Part shown: positions 18,157-28,031 of the stretch, piece by piece
How the letters are laid out: each line of letters begins with the position of its first letter
How positions within the stretch are numbered: position 1 is the first letter of the stretch
NCBI RefSeq assembly: GCF_033370915.1
Contig: NZ_CP104096.1
Location: 1-32,000, forward strand
Reading direction: 5' to 3'
Length of the DNA: 32,000 bases
From: Candidatus Saccharimonadota bacterium
GTDB taxonomy: Bacteria; Bacteroidota; Bacteroidia; Flavobacteriales; Blattabacteriaceae
Translations under genes and position numbers: made by a program
Notes under the pieces: generated by a model
Databases searched by the model: none
Seen by the model: the letters and a program-made list of their open reading frames with translations, nothing else
What the model was told of the DNA's origin: nothing

Positions 18157-19351
18157 TAATATAAATAAAAAAAAAAGAAAAAAAATATTAAAATTATTAA
18201 TTAAAAAAAAAAAAAATATAAAAGATAAATATAAATATTCAAAAATTAAAAATATTATAAAATTTAATAAATTTTATAATAAAAATAATAATAAAAAAAA
18301 ATATAAATTTAAAAAAAAATATAAAAATGATATTAATATAATATATATAAATGGAAAATTAAATAATATAATTATTAAAAAAAAAATAAAAAAATTTATT
18401 AAAATAAAAAAAATATTAATTAAAAAAATATTTAATAAATATTTAAAATATTTTATATTTTATAATTATTATTCTTTTATTAATTTATTATCAAATTATA
18501 ATAATTATATATATATAATAGATATAAATAATATTCATAAAATAAATTTAAAAATATATTTTATATTTTTAAAAAAAAATAAATATAAAAATATAATTAA
18601 TGATAATCTTTTTATAAAAGTAAAAAATAAATTAAATATTATAGATAAATATATATTAAAAAATAAAAATAAAAGAATTATTAATAATTTAATAATAAAT
18701 ATATTATTAAAAAAAAATAGTAAAGTAAATTATTATAAATTTTATAATAATAAAAATAATTTATATAATATTAATAATATATATATATATCAAGATTATA
18801 AAAGTAAATTAATATTATATAATATATATTTAAATAATAAATTTACATTAAATGAAATAAATATTAAATATATTAATAATAATTGTTATACAAGATTATA
18901 TAATATTATTATATTAAGTAATAATCAAATATTAGAAAATTATATAAATATAATAAATAATTATAATTATTGTAATAATAAATTATATTATATAGGGATT
19001 TATAATAATAATTCATATTGTGTAATAAATGGTATAATTAATATAAAAAAAAATACTAAAGATAATATAGCATTACAAGATTATAAAAATTTTATTTTAT
19101 CTAATAAAGTATTTTTATTTTCTAAACCTGAATTAAATATTAATTCTAATAAAGTTATATGTTCTCATGGTTTAACATTAGGTAAAATAGATAAAAATAT
19201 AATTTATTATTTATTAACTAGAGGTTTAAAATTAAAAGAATGTAAAATAATATTTTATTTATCTAATATTTATAATTATTTAAAAATAAATAATAAAATT
19301 TTAAAAAATATAAATAAACAAATTATAAATAAATTATATAGTAATGTTTAA
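18134..19351 (+). CDS. sufD: Fe-S cluster assembly protein SufD (highly divergent N-terminal half)
   Basis: 405 aa. The C-terminal part FSKPELNINSNKVICSHGLTLGKIDKNIIYYLLTRGL matches the SufD pattern (P.LeI..d.VkcsHGat.G.ld...lfYl.sRGi). Position is between sufC and sufS. Confidence 0.8.
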   Translation: MKIKKIINNINKKKRKKILKLLIKKKKNIKDKYKYSKIKNIIKFNKFYNKNNNKKKYKFKKKYKNDINIIYINGKLNNIIIKKKIKKFIKIKKILIKKIFNKYLKYFIFYNYYSFINLLSNYNNYIYIIDINNIHKINLKIYFIFLKKNKYKNIINDNLFIKVKNKLNIIDKYILKNKNKRIINNLIINILLKKNSKVNYYKFYNNKNNLYNINNIYIYQDYKSKLILYNIYLNNKFTLNEINIKYINNNCYTRLYNIIILSNNQILENYINIINNYNYCNNKLYYIGIYNNNSYCVINGIINIKKNTKDNIALQDYKNFILSNKVFLFSKPELNINSNKVICSHGLTLGKIDKNIIYYLLTRGLKLKECKIIFYLSNIYNYLKINNKILKNINKQIINKLYSNV

Positions 19352-20573
19352 TAAAAAAGAAATTAAATTAATAAGAGAAAAATTTCCAATATTAAAAAAA
19401 TATATAAATGGTTATAAATTAATATATTTTGATAATTCTTCTACAACACAAAAACCAAAGATTTTAATTGATAAAATAAAAGAATATTATTATAATTATA
19501 ATTCTAATATTTATAGATATAATAATTATTTAAGTGTTAAATCTACTATGTATGTAGATGAATGTAGAAAAATAATTAAACAATTAATTAATGCTAATAG
19601 TATTAAAGAAATTATTTTTACTAAAAGTACAACTGAATCAATTAATTTAATATCAGTATGTTTAAATTATTTTAAAAAAAATGAAATTATTATTTCTCAA
19701 TTAGAACATCATTCTAATATAATACCATGGCAAATTTTATGTAAAAGAAAAAAATTAAAATTAAAAATATTAAAAATAAATAAAAAATATAATATATCAT
19801 TAAATAATTTAAAATCAAAATTAACTAAAGAAACTAAAATTGTTTCTCTTACTCATATATCAAATGTATTTGGAACTATTTTACCAATTAAAAAAATAGT
19901 TGAAATAATAAAAAATTATAATAAAGATATATTAATTGTGTTAGATTGTGCTCAATCAATTGCTCATATACCTATAAATGTACAAGAATTAAAGGTAGAT
20001 TTTTTAGTATTTTCAAGTCATAAAGTATATGGGCCAACAGGATTAGGGATATTATATTGTAAAAAAGAAATATTAAATAAATTAATACCATATCAATATG
20101 GTGGAGGAATGATAAAAAAAGTAAGATATAAAAGAAATATATATGATAAATATAATAAAAAATTAGAAGCAGGAACATTAAATATAGAATCTATATATAG
20201 TTTTATGTATGTAATTAAATATTTAAAAAAAATAAAAATTTATAACATTAATATTTATGAAAATAAATTAATTAATTATTTAAAAAAATTATTATTAAAG
20301 AATAAAAATATTATTTTATATGGAAAAAATAATATTTATTCCTCATCAATATTGTCATTTAATATAAAAAATATAAATAATAATGATATAGGATTATTAT
20401 TAAATAATTATGGTATACAAGTAAGAATAGGTAATCAATGTGCAGAACCATTAATGAAATATTTAAGATTAAATGGAGGAACAATAAGAGTAAGTTTAGG
20501 AATATATAATAATAAAAAAGAAATAAATAAATTTTATTTTTATTTAAATAAAATAATTAATAAATTAAAATAA
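19344..20573 (+). CDS. sufS: Cysteine desulfurase SufS (class V aminotransferase)
   Basis: 409 aa. YFDNSSTTQKP, PLP-lysine context FSSHKVYGPTGLGILY, active-site Cys context RIGNQCAEPL. Confidence 0.9.
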   Translation: MFNKKEIKLIREKFPILKKYINGYKLIYFDNSSTTQKPKILIDKIKEYYYNYNSNIYRYNNYLSVKSTMYVDECRKIIKQLINANSIKEIIFTKSTTESINLISVCLNYFKKNEIIISQLEHHSNIIPWQILCKRKKLKLKILKINKKYNISLNNLKSKLTKETKIVSLTHISNVFGTILPIKKIVEIIKNYNKDILIVLDCAQSIAHIPINVQELKVDFLVFSSHKVYGPTGLGILYCKKEILNKLIPYQYGGGMIKKVRYKRNIYDKYNKKLEAGTLNIESIYSFMYVIKYLKKIKIYNINIYENKLINYLKKLLLKNKNIILYGKNNIYSSSILSFNIKNINNNDIGLLLNNYGIQVRIGNQCAEPLMKYLRLNGGTIRVSLGIYNNKKEINKFYFYLNKIINKLK

Positions 20574-20768
20574 TAAATATTTATTTATTTTTTTTTCATC
20601 TATTAATATTTCAATAAAAGAATAATTATTATTTTTTTTTTTAATCATTTTAATAAATTTAATAATTTTTTTTTTTTTCATGAATAGTATAATTTAATAT
20701 ATAAATTATATAAATAAATATTATTATATATATATTTACATAAAATAATATATAAATAAATAATTTAT

Positions 20769-21275
20769 ATGGAATATAATACTAAAACAAATAAAATAGT
20801 ATTTAGTCAATATGGAAGAAATATACAAATATTAATAGATGAAACATTAAATATTAGTAAAAAAACAAAAAGAATTAAAATATATATATATATATTAAAA
20901 ATTATGAAAGATAATAATCTTATAATAAATAATATTGATATATATAAACGTAAATTATGGGATCAATTATATTTATTAACTAATAATAAATTAAAAGAAT
21001 ATCCTTTTAAAAATAAAAAACCTATTTATTTTTTAAATAAAAAAAAAAAATATATAAAATTAAATTATCCTAAACAAATAAAACAATATAAATATTACGG
21101 AAAAATAATACAAAAATTTATTAAAAAGATAATTAAAATAAAAAATAAATATAAATATATATATAATATTGCTAATATAATGAAAAATAATAATATAAAT
21201 AATATTAAATTAAAATATAGTACAATATTAAAAGATATAAAATTAATTTCAAAAGGAAAAATTGATTTAATATAA
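20769..21275 (+). CDS. Conserved hypothetical protein, DUF4290-like (function unknown)
   Basis: 168 aa. The N-terminus MEYNTKTNKIVFSQYGRNIQILIDE, then KRKLWDQLYLL and KYYGKIIQKFIKK, resemble from memory the Bacteroidota DUF4290 family (MEYNTQ...L.LPEYGRN.Q, HKLWDHL, YRHYGK.I). Not verified by HMM. Confidence 0.6.
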   Translation: MEYNTKTNKIVFSQYGRNIQILIDETLNISKKTKRIKIYIYILKIMKDNNLIINNIDIYKRKLWDQLYLLTNNKLKEYPFKNKKPIYFLNKKKKYIKLNYPKQIKQYKYYGKIIQKFIKKIIKIKNKYKYIYNIANIMKNNNINNIKLKYSTILKDIKLISKGKIDLI

Positions 21276-21304
21276 TAAAATATTTTATTATATTATATTT
21301 TAAA

Positions 21305-21379
21305 AGGTGGTTAGCTCAGTTGGTTTAGAGCGTTTGCCTTACAAGCAAAATGTCACTAGTTCGAATCTAGTACCACCTA
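21305..21379 (+). tRNA. trnV: tRNA-Val (anticodon UAC)
   Basis: AGGTGGT TA GCTC AGTTGGTTTA GAGC G TTTGC CTTACAA GCAAA ATGTC ACTAG TTCGAAT CTAGT ACCACCT A. Clean cloverleaf and a GC island. Confidence 0.9.
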
Positions 21380-21385
21380 TTAAAA

Positions 21386-22150
21386 ATGTTGATAAAAAAT
21401 AAAGAAGAAATAAACTTAATAAAAAAAAGTTCTATATTAACTTCTAAAACATTAGGGATAATATCAGAATATATAAATCCAGGAGAAAATTTATTAAAAT
21501 TAGATAAAATCGCTTATGAATATATAAATGATAATGGTGGTAAACCAGCATTTTTAGGATTATATAATTATCCAAATACTATTTGTACATCTATAAATAA
21601 TGAAGTAGTTCATGGAATTCCAAGAAATATAAATTTAAAAGAAGGAGATATAATATCTATAGATTGTGGAGTATTAATGAATAAATATTATGGAGAACAT
21701 GCTTATACTTTTGGAGTAGGTGAGATATCAAATATAAAAAAAAAATTATTAAAATATACAAAAAAATCATTATATATAGGAATAAAAGAAAGTAAAATAG
21801 GAAAAAAAATAGGGGATATAGGATATAAAATAAATAAATATATCACTAAAAAGGGGTTTAAAGTAGTAAAAGATTTATTTGGCCATGGAATAGGAAGACA
21901 AATACATGAATATCCAAATATACCTAATTATGGAAAAAAAAATACAGGAATAAAAATAAAAAATGGAATGGTATTATCAATAGAACCTATAGTAAATCAA
22001 GGAACAAGTAAAATAAAATTAAGTAAAGATAAATGGACTTATTTAACAAAAGATAATTTATTATCAGCACATTATGAACATAATATTGCTATTATAGATA
22101 ATAAAACAAAAATATTATCTACTTTTAAATATATAAGAAAAAAAAAATAA
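21386..22150 (+). CDS. map: Methionine aminopeptidase, type I
   Basis: 254 aa. [42 protein letters not shown]. Confidence 0.92.
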   Translation: MLIKNKEEINLIKKSSILTSKTLGIISEYINPGENLLKLDKIAYEYINDNGGKPAFLGLYNYPNTICTSINNEVVHGIPRNINLKEGDIISIDCGVLMNKYYGEHAYTFGVGEISNIKKKLLKYTKKSLYIGIKESKIGKKIGDIGYKINKYITKKGFKVVKDLFGHGIGRQIHEYPNIPNYGKKNTGIKIKNGMVLSIEPIVNQGTSKIKLSKDKWTYLTKDNLLSAHYEHNIAIIDNKTKILSTFKYIRKKK

Positions 22151-22152
22151 AA

Positions 22153-22533
22153 ATGCCAACAATACAACAATTAATAAGAAAAAAAAGAAAAAAAAATATA
22201 AAAAAAAGCAAATCACCAGCTTTAAAAAAATCTCCTCAAAAAAGAGGAGTATGTATAAAAGTATATACTACTACTCCTAAAAAACCTAATTCAGCTATTA
22301 GAAAAGTAGCTAAGGTAAAATTAACAAATGGACAAATAGTAAATACTTATATAAGAGGTGAAGGACATAATTTACAAGAACATTCTATTGTATTAATAGA
22401 AGGAGGTAGAGTAAAAGATTTACCAGGGGTAAAATATCATATTATACGTGGAACATTAGATACTGAAGGAGTAAAAGGTAGAAAAAAAAGTAGAAGTAGA
22501 TATGGAACAAAAAAAAATACAAAAAAAAAATAA
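22153..22533 (+). CDS. rpsL: 30S ribosomal protein S12
   Basis: 126 aa. [58 protein letters not shown]. Confidence 0.97.
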   Translation: MPTIQQLIRKKRKKNIKKSKSPALKKSPQKRGVCIKVYTTTPKKPNSAIRKVAKVKLTNGQIVNTYIRGEGHNLQEHSIVLIEGGRVKDLPGVKYHIIRGTLDTEGVKGRKKSRSRYGTKKNTKKK

Positions 22534-22538
22534 AATAG

Positions 22539-23003
22539 ATGAGAAAAATTAAATTTAAAAAAAGAACTTATAAAAAAGATTATAAATATAATAGTAAATT
22601 AGTAACTTATTTTGTAAATAATTTAATGAAAAATGGAAAAAAAAATTTAGCTTATAAAATATTTTATAATGCGTTAAATATAATAGAAAATAAAATGAAT
22701 GATATAAACCCATTAATAATATTTAAAAAATCGTTAAAAAATATTGCCCCTAAAATATTAATTAAAAAAAAAAAAATAGGTGGATCAACTTATAATATAC
22801 CAATAGAAATAAATAAAAGAAAAAAAATATATTTATCAATAAAATGGTTAATTATATATGCAAAAAAAAGAAAAGAAAAAACTATGTATGAGAAATTAGC
22901 TAATGAAATAATAGCTGCATATAATGGTATTGGGGATGCAATAAAAAAAAGAAATAATATATATAAATTAGCAGAATCTAATAAAGCTTTTAAAAATTTA
23001 TGA
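22539..23003 (+). CDS. rpsG: 30S ribosomal protein S7
   Basis: 154 aa. VTYFVNNLMKNGKKNLAYKIFYNAL, GGSTYNIPIEI, C-terminal AAYNGIGDAIKKRNNIYKLAESNKAF. Confidence 0.93.
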   Translation: MRKIKFKKRTYKKDYKYNSKLVTYFVNNLMKNGKKNLAYKIFYNALNIIENKMNDINPLIIFKKSLKNIAPKILIKKKKIGGSTYNIPIEINKRKKIYLSIKWLIIYAKKRKEKTMYEKLANEIIAAYNGIGDAIKKRNNIYKLAESNKAFKNL

Positions 23004-25075
23004 ATAAATTAAAATATACTAGAAATATAGGAATTGTAGCTCATATTGATGCAGGTAAAACAACTACAACAGAAAGAATATTATTTTATACAGGAATAAG
23101 TCATAAAATAGGAGAGGTACATGAAGGAAATACTACAATGGATTGGATGGAACAAGAGCAAGAAAGAGGTATAACAATAACATCAGCAGCAACTAGATGT
23201 ATATGGAAATATAATAATAATAATTATTATATAAATATAATAGATACTCCAGGACATGTAGATTTTACAGTAGAAGTAGAAAGATCATTAAGAGTATTAG
23301 ATGGTATGGTAGTATTATTTAGTTCAGTAGAAGGGGTAGAACCACAATCAGAAACAGTATGGAAACAAGCAAATAAATATAATATACCAAGAATAGGATA
23401 TGTAAATAAAATGGATAGAAAAGGATCAAATTTCTTAAATGTTTGTAAAGATGTAAAAAAAAAATTAAAATGTAATACGATTATATTACAATTACCATTA
23501 GAAAAAAAAGAAAAATTTATAGGAATTATAGATATAATATTAGAAAAATATATAATATGGGAGAATAAAAATTATGGTATGAAATATTATATAAAAGATA
23601 TACCAGATAATGAAAAAGAAAAAATAAAAAAATATAAAATAAAATTATTAGAAATTTTATCTGAATACGATGAAGAAATTATGAATAATTTTTTAGAAGG
23701 AAAAAAAATAAAAAAGAAAAAAATAATATCTATAATAAAAAAAGAAACATGTAAAATGAATTTAGTTCCTATGTTATGTGGTTCTTCATTTAAAAATAAA
23801 GGAGTACAAAAAATGTTAGATGCAATTTGTATGTATTTACCTTCACCTTTAAAATCAAAAAAAATAATAGGAATAGATAAAATAAATAAAAAAAAATGTA
23901 TTGTAAAACCAGATTATAAATATCCTTATTGTTCATTTGTATTTAAAATATCAACTAATAAATTTTTTGGTAAATTAGTATTTATTAGAGTATATTCAGG
24001 TACTTTAAAGGTTGGTGAATATGTATTTAACTCAAGAACTAATAAAAAAGAAAGAATATCAAGAATGTATCAAATGCATGCAAATAAACAAATACCTATA
24101 AAAAAAATATGTGCAGGTGATATATTTGCAGGAGTAGGATTTAAAGATATAAAAACTGGAGATACATTATGTGAAGAAAATAATCAAATAGTTTTAGAAA
24201 ATATATTTTTTCCTAAACCAGTTATGGGAATAGCAATAGAAACAAAACTTAAATATGAGATTGATAAATTAAATTTAGCTTTATCAAAAATGGAAGAAGA
24301 AGATCCTACTTTTAAAGTTAAAATGGATAATAAAACAGGACAAATTATTATTTATGGAATGGGAGAATTACATTTAGATATTATAATAGATAGAATAAAA
24401 AGAGAATTTAATATAGATATTAATAAAGGTAAACCAAAAGTAGAATATAAAGAAAAAATTACTAAAAAAATAACTCATAGAGAAATATATAAAAAACAGA
24501 CAGGTGGAAGAGGTAAATTTGCAGAAATATTATTTACTATAGGACCATATAAAAAAAAAGGTTTAAAATTTATAAATAAAGTAAAAGGAGGTAATATACC
24601 AAAAGAATATATTTCTTCAATAGAAAAAGGTTTTAAATATTCAATGCAAATAGGCCCTTTATTAGGTTATGAAATAGATTCAATGGAAATTGTATTATTA
24701 GATGGATCTTATCATTCTGTTGATTCAGATTCTTTATCATTTGAAATAGCGGCTAAAAATGGTTTTAGAAATTCATCTAAAAAAACTAATCCAATAATTA
24801 TGGAACCTATAATGAAATTAGTAATAAATTGTCAAAATGAAAATATGGGTAATATAGTGAGTGATATAAATAAAAGAAGAGGAATAATAAAAAATATAAT
24901 AGATAATAAAAATAATGAAAAAATAATAAACGCTTTAGTACCTTTATCAGAAATGTTTGGATATGTAACAATATTAAGATCATTATCATCAGGTAGAGCA
25001 AATTCAAATATGAGTTTTTCACATTATGAAGAAGTACCTAAAAATATTTTCAATAAAATAATAGATAATATATAA
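23000..25075 (+). CDS. fusA: Elongation factor G
   Basis: 691 aa. NIGIVAHIDAGKTTTTERILFYTG, MDWMEQEQERGITITSAAT, IIDTPGHVDFTVEVERSLRVLDG, NKMDR. ATGA overlap with rpsG. Confidence 0.97.
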   Translation: MNKLKYTRNIGIVAHIDAGKTTTTERILFYTGISHKIGEVHEGNTTMDWMEQEQERGITITSAATRCIWKYNNNNYYINIIDTPGHVDFTVEVERSLRVLDGMVVLFSSVEGVEPQSETVWKQANKYNIPRIGYVNKMDRKGSNFLNVCKDVKKKLKCNTIILQLPLEKKEKFIGIIDIILEKYIIWENKNYGMKYYIKDIPDNEKEKIKKYKIKLLEILSEYDEEIMNNFLEGKKIKKKKIISIIKKETCKMNLVPMLCGSSFKNKGVQKMLDAICMYLPSPLKSKKIIGIDKINKKKCIVKPDYKYPYCSFVFKISTNKFFGKLVFIRVYSGTLKVGEYVFNSRTNKKERISRMYQMHANKQIPIKKICAGDIFAGVGFKDIKTGDTLCEENNQIVLENIFFPKPVMGIAIETKLKYEIDKLNLALSKMEEEDPTFKVKMDNKTGQIIIYGMGELHLDIIIDRIKREFNIDINKGKPKVEYKEKITKKITHREIYKKQTGGRGKFAEILFTIGPYKKKGLKFINKVKGGNIPKEYISSIEKGFKYSMQIGPLLGYEIDSMEIVLLDGSYHSVDSDSLSFEIAAKNGFRNSSKKTNPIIMEPIMKLVINCQNENMGNIVSDINKRRGIIKNIIDNKNNEKIINALVPLSEMFGYVTILRSLSSGRANSNMSFSHYEEVPKNIFNKIIDNI

Positions 25076-25077
25076 TA

Positions 25078-25386
25078 ATGAAAAAAATAATAAAAATAAA
25101 ACTTAAATCATACGATTATATATTATTAGATAAAACAATAAAAATAATAATAAAATCAATTGATTATACTGGTGTAAAAATAAAAGGACCAATACATTTA
25201 CCTACTAAAAGAAAAGTATTTACTGTATTAAAGTCTCCACATGTACATAAAAAATCTAGAGAACAATTTGAATTATGTTATCATATAAGATATTTAGAAA
25301 TATTAAAAGCTAATTCAATAACAGTAAATGAATTAATGAAATTAGAAATTGCTAGTGGAGTAGATGTAAAATTTAAAATAATATGA
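25078..25386 (+). CDS. rpsJ: 30S ribosomal protein S10
   Basis: 102 aa. [44 protein letters not shown]. Confidence 0.95.
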   Translation: MKKIIKIKLKSYDYILLDKTIKIIIKSIDYTGVKIKGPIHLPTKRKVFTVLKSPHVHKKSREQFELCYHIRYLEILKANSITVNELMKLEIASGVDVKFKII

Positions 25387-26003
25387 TAGGTTTAATAGGA
25401 AAAAAAATAAAAATGATAAATATTTTTATAAAAGGTAAATTATATACATGTACAGTAATAAAAACAGAAAAAGGTAATATTATAAATATTAAAAAAAGTA
25501 AATTATTATTAGGGTATATAAAAGTTAAAAAAGTAAATAAACCATTAATGGGATTTTTTAAAAAATATAATAGTAAATATTATAAAAAAATAATAGAATT
25601 TAATAAATTAACAAAAAATGAAATTAAATATATAAAAAATAAAAAAAATATTGATTTAGATATATTTAATATAGGAGAAAAAATAGATATAACAGGATAT
25701 TCTTTAGGTAAAGGTTTTCAAGGGGTAGTAAAAAGACATAATTTTTCAGGAGTAGGTTCAAAAACACATGGACAACATAATAGATTAAGATCACCAGGTT
25801 CTATAGGAGCTGGAACTTATCCAGCTAAAGTAATAAAAGGATTGAAAATGGCTGGGAGAATGGGGAATAAAAAAGTAACAGTAAAAAAAATAAAAATATT
25901 ATTAATAAAAGATAATATTTTATTAGTAAATGGTTCAGTACCAGGTAAAAATAATAAATATTTAATAATAAAAAAAAAATATGGAGAATTTAATAAAAAA
26001 TAA
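25383..26003 (+). CDS. rplC: 50S ribosomal protein L3
   Basis: 206 aa. [53 protein letters not shown] overlap with rpsJ. Confidence 0.93.
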   Translation: MIGLIGKKIKMINIFIKGKLYTCTVIKTEKGNIINIKKSKLLLGYIKVKKVNKPLMGFFKKYNSKYYKKIIEFNKLTKNEIKYIKNKKNIDLDIFNIGEKIDITGYSLGKGFQGVVKRHNFSGVGSKTHGQHNRLRSPGSIGAGTYPAKVIKGLKMAGRMGNKKVTVKKIKILLIKDNILLVNGSVPGKNNKYLIIKKKYGEFNKK

Positions 26004-26613
26004 TAAAATAAAAAAAAATATAAATATAATAAATAAATATAATAGGTTCAAAAATAAAGAACATATTATTTATTTATATGTTAAAAAATATCTAAATTCA
26101 AAAAGAAAAAATACAAGTAAAACAAAAGAAAGAAGTGAAATAAAAGGTAGTACTAGAAAAATACAAAAGCAAAAAGGAACAGGTAATGCAAGAAAAGGAG
26201 ATATAAAAAATCCTATATTTAGAGGTGGGGGAAGAATATTTGGTCCAAAAAATAATAGAAATTATAAAAATAAAATAAATAAAAAAGTTTATAAAATAGT
26301 TAAAAAAATTTTATTATGTAATAAAATAATCAATAAAAAAGTATTTATATTAAAACAAATAAAATTTTACTCACATAAAACAAAATATTTTATTAATTAT
26401 TTTAAAAAATTAAAATTTAAAATAAATAATAAAAAAAAATATTTAATAATAACAGATAAAATATATAAAAAATTACTTATTTCATCAAATAACATTAAAA
26501 ATGTAAGAATTAATTATATTAAACAAATAAATATATATAATATATTAATATCAGATTATATAATATTTATAAATAAAAAAATAAATAATATAATAAATAT
26601 AATAAAAAAATGA
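25981..26613 (+). CDS. rplD: 50S ribosomal protein L4
   Basis: 210 aa. [35 protein letters not shown]. Confidence 0.9.
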   Translation: MENLIKNNKIKKNINIINKYNRFKNKEHIIYLYVKKYLNSKRKNTSKTKERSEIKGSTRKIQKQKGTGNARKGDIKNPIFRGGGRIFGPKNNRNYKNKINKKVYKIVKKILLCNKIINKKVFILKQIKFYSHKTKYFINYFKKLKFKINNKKKYLIITDKIYKKLLISSNNIKNVRINYIKQINIYNILISDYIIFINKKINNIINIIKK

Positions 26614-26855
26614 AGTTATTAATAAGTCCTTTAAAAACTTATAAGTCAATTAATTTATATAAAAAATATAATTTATATAGTTATTATTTAAATAAAAAAA
26701 AAATAAATAAAATACAATTAAAAAAATATTTTAAAATTAATTATTATTTAATAGTAAAAAAAATAAATATTATTAAAATAAAAAAAAAAAATAAAAATAT
26801 TATAAAAATAATAGTAAAATTTTTAAAAAATAAAAAAAATATTAAATTATTATGA
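26610..26855 (+). CDS. rplW: 50S ribosomal protein L23 (short, degenerate)
   Basis: 81 aa. Position between rplD and rplB, with ATGA overlaps on both sides. Loose L23 pattern: ISPLKTYKS..., [10 protein letters not shown]. Confidence 0.7.
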   Translation: MKLLISPLKTYKSINLYKKYNLYSYYLNKKKINKIQLKKYFKINYYLIVKKINIIKIKKKNKNIIKIIVKFLKNKKNIKLL

Positions 26856-27622
26856 AAAAAATAAAAATAAAAAGATTAAAATACAATAAATTAATTTATG
26901 GAAAATTAAAATCAGGAGGTAGAAATAATCAAGGAAGAATAACTGTAAGATATATAGGTGGTGGTCATAAACAAAAATATAGATTAATAGATTTTAAAAG
27001 AAATAAATATGATGTAATAGCTACTGTAAAAAATATTGAATATGATCCTAATAGGTCAGCTTATATATCTTTATTATATTATAAAGATGGAGAAAAAAAA
27101 TATATTTTATCTGTAAAAGGATTAAAAAAAGGAGATAGAATAATATCCTCAAGAACAAAATCATCATTAAATTTAGGTGATTCAGCTCCATTACATTTAA
27201 TACCTTTAGGTACTATAATATGTTGTATAGAAAATATTCCAGGTAATGGAGCAATATATTCAAGAAGTGCCGGAACATATTCAAAAATAATATCAAAGGA
27301 TAAAAAATATGCAATTATAAAATTATCATCTAATGAAAAAAAAATGATATTATTAAATAGTATGGCAACAATAGGAAGTATATCAAATAAAAATCATAAA
27401 TTTAAAAAATTAAAAAAAGCAGGAAATAATAGATGGATAGGAAAAAGACCAAGAACAAGAGGAGTAGCAATGAATCCTATAGATCATCCTATGGGTGGTG
27501 GTGAAGGTAAAGCATCAGGAGGACATCCAAAAAGTAGAAAAGGAATTTACGCAAAAGGTTTTAAAACACGTAAAAAAAATAAAAAATATTCAAAATATAT
27601 TTTAAAAAAGGATAAAAAATAA
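26852..27622 (+). CDS. rplB: 50S ribosomal protein L2
   Basis: 256 aa. GGRNNQGRITVRYIGGGHKQKYRLIDF, IEYDPNRSAYISLL, GKRPRTRGVAMNPIDHPMGGGEGK. Confidence 0.96.
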   Translation: MKKIKIKRLKYNKLIYGKLKSGGRNNQGRITVRYIGGGHKQKYRLIDFKRNKYDVIATVKNIEYDPNRSAYISLLYYKDGEKKYILSVKGLKKGDRIISSRTKSSLNLGDSAPLHLIPLGTIICCIENIPGNGAIYSRSAGTYSKIISKDKKYAIIKLSSNEKKMILLNSMATIGSISNKNHKFKKLKKAGNNRWIGKRPRTRGVAMNPIDHPMGGGEGKASGGHPKSRKGIYAKGFKTRKKNKKYSKYILKKDKK

Positions 27623-27631
27623 AAAAAAAAA

Positions 27632-28030
27632 ATGGGAAAAAGAAAAAGAAATACAGCGTTAAAAATAAAAAAAAAAAATAAAAATAAAATTTATTCTTAT
27701 ATAAAAAATGTAAGAATTTCACCAAGAAAAATAAGAAATTTAATAAATTTAATAAAAGGTAAAAATGTTTTAAATGCTATTGAGATTTTAAAAAATTATA
27801 TAAGTTATAAAAAATCAAAAATATTAATAAATTTAATATTATCAACAATATCAAATTATAAAATAAAAACAGGTAAAAAGGATATAAAAAATTTATATAT
27901 TTATAGTTTAATAGTAAATAGTTCAGGAATAATTAAAAGAGTAAGATATGCACCACAAGGTAGGATAAATAAAATAATAAAAAGATTAAGTATAATAAAA
28001 TTAGAAATAAAAAATAAAAAAATTAAATAA
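27632..28030 (+). CDS. rplV: 50S ribosomal protein L22
   Basis: 132 aa. MGKRKRNTALK..., NVRISPRKIRNLINLIKGKNV, RYAPQGRINKIIKR. Confidence 0.9.
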   Translation: MGKRKRNTALKIKKKNKNKIYSYIKNVRISPRKIRNLINLIKGKNVLNAIEILKNYISYKKSKILINLILSTISNYKIKTGKKDIKNLYIYSLIVNSSGIIKRVRYAPQGRINKIIKRLSIIKLEIKNKKIK

Positions 28031-28031
28031 A

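Noticed and set aside
20565-20681. A 38-codon minus-strand ORF (MKKKKIIKFIKMIKKKNNNYSFIEILIDEKKINKYLLF) in the sufS/DUF4290 spacer, the only sizeable non-coding gap in the window
   Set aside because: It does not resemble L34, L36 or any small protein I recognise. It begins with a 13-A slippery run. An open frame of this length is expected by chance somewhere in 32 kb of AT-rich DNA. It might be worth a check only if Ribo-seq data exist.
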